Shown piece by piece: positions 63,801-64,000 of a stretch of 64,000 nt of DNA (positions are counted from its first letter, which is position 1; every line of letters begins with the position of its first letter). Both the position numbers and the translations under genes were made by a program. Where the stretch lies: NCBI GenBank assembly GCA_973895155.1, contig OZ316894.1:20156451-20220450 (forward strand). The letters run 5' to 3'. The notes below the pieces were generated by a model, which was given only the letters and a program-made list of their open reading frames with translations, did not search any database and was not told where the DNA came from. This DNA comes from Marsupella aquatica. Taxonomy: Eukaryota > Plantae > Marchantiophyta.

Positions 63801-64000
63801 GAACTCAGTTGTACTTGGAGATTTGTGCAGATTACTTAGATATTTTCTTTTCTCCAGTTCATGATTTGAGGTCCCGTATTGTGTTAGCATCCAAGGTTTC
63901 ATTCTTTCTACGTTTGTGGAGATTGTGGTTGAGGTTTGGTGACCATTCAGTGGGTGGGAACTTTGCAGCACACACTGAGAAAGACATGATGTCTATTCAG
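60872..64000 (+). CDS. P-element-like DDE transposase; exon 60872-62953 (one frameshift at ~61750), intron 62954-63057, exon 63058 to >64000
   Basis: Two C2H2-like fingers (CLEC..H..H; CTVC..H..H) and AT-hook KRGRPK. Core motifs VIFAEDETRI|R-WEAKYDTLIGFCG, GHASDGDARRR, DQDQPHNGKK, DRQNW, FFLRLWRLWL. The last exon is open for 314 codons to the window end and is missed by the ORF track. Confidence 0.8.

Larger units (their letters stand above)
56380..64000 (+). mobile_element. Large coding DNA transposon of family A (P-element-like); right end lies outside the window
   Basis: Begins CTCGGGGGTCTCAC plus ATCACGTGCGACGAAGTATAGGGTC, as in the family A MITE ends, and truncates LINE ORF1. Contains a minisatellite, a MYB fragment, PHD ORFs and a DDE transposase. 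Confidence 0.85.

Noticed and set aside
60872-64000. hAT, MULE or Kolobok assignment for the transposase
   Set aside because: No hAT-type CxxH or BED signature is visible. The TIRs are short and the TSD is 8 bp, unlike typical MULE (long TIR, 9-11 bp TSD) or Kolobok (TTAA). A profile search is still needed to exclude these formally.

Overview
This is eukaryotic land-plant DNA, with GT-AG introns and plant gene families. A bryophyte with RNA editing, such as a leafy liverwort or moss, is my inference. Host genes, all on the minus strand: a PLS-class PPR gene with an N-terminal OSB-type 'PDF' ssDNA-binding motif (runs off the left edge), a DUF3475/DUF668 (PSK SIMULATOR-like) gene, an 8-exon LHT-type amino-acid transporter and an intronless nepenthesin-like aspartic protease. 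A pseudogene copy of the protease lies on the plus strand. The rest is nested transposable elements: copia fragments and a solo LTR, a Helitron-like element holding a deleted Bianca-type copia, and an L1 LINE interrupted by a young copia, three MITEs and a large DNA transposon. The most striking feature is that large element (56380 to beyond the window). It opens with the CTCGGGGGTCTCAC terminus shared with MITEs that make 8-bp TSDs. It encodes a spliced P-element-like DDE transposase (DET, SDGD, DxxH and DRQN motifs, with C2H2 fingers and an AT-hook). It also carries an EDM2-like composite PHD module and a captured R2R3-MYB exon. All family assignments come from motif recognition by eye, not from database searches.
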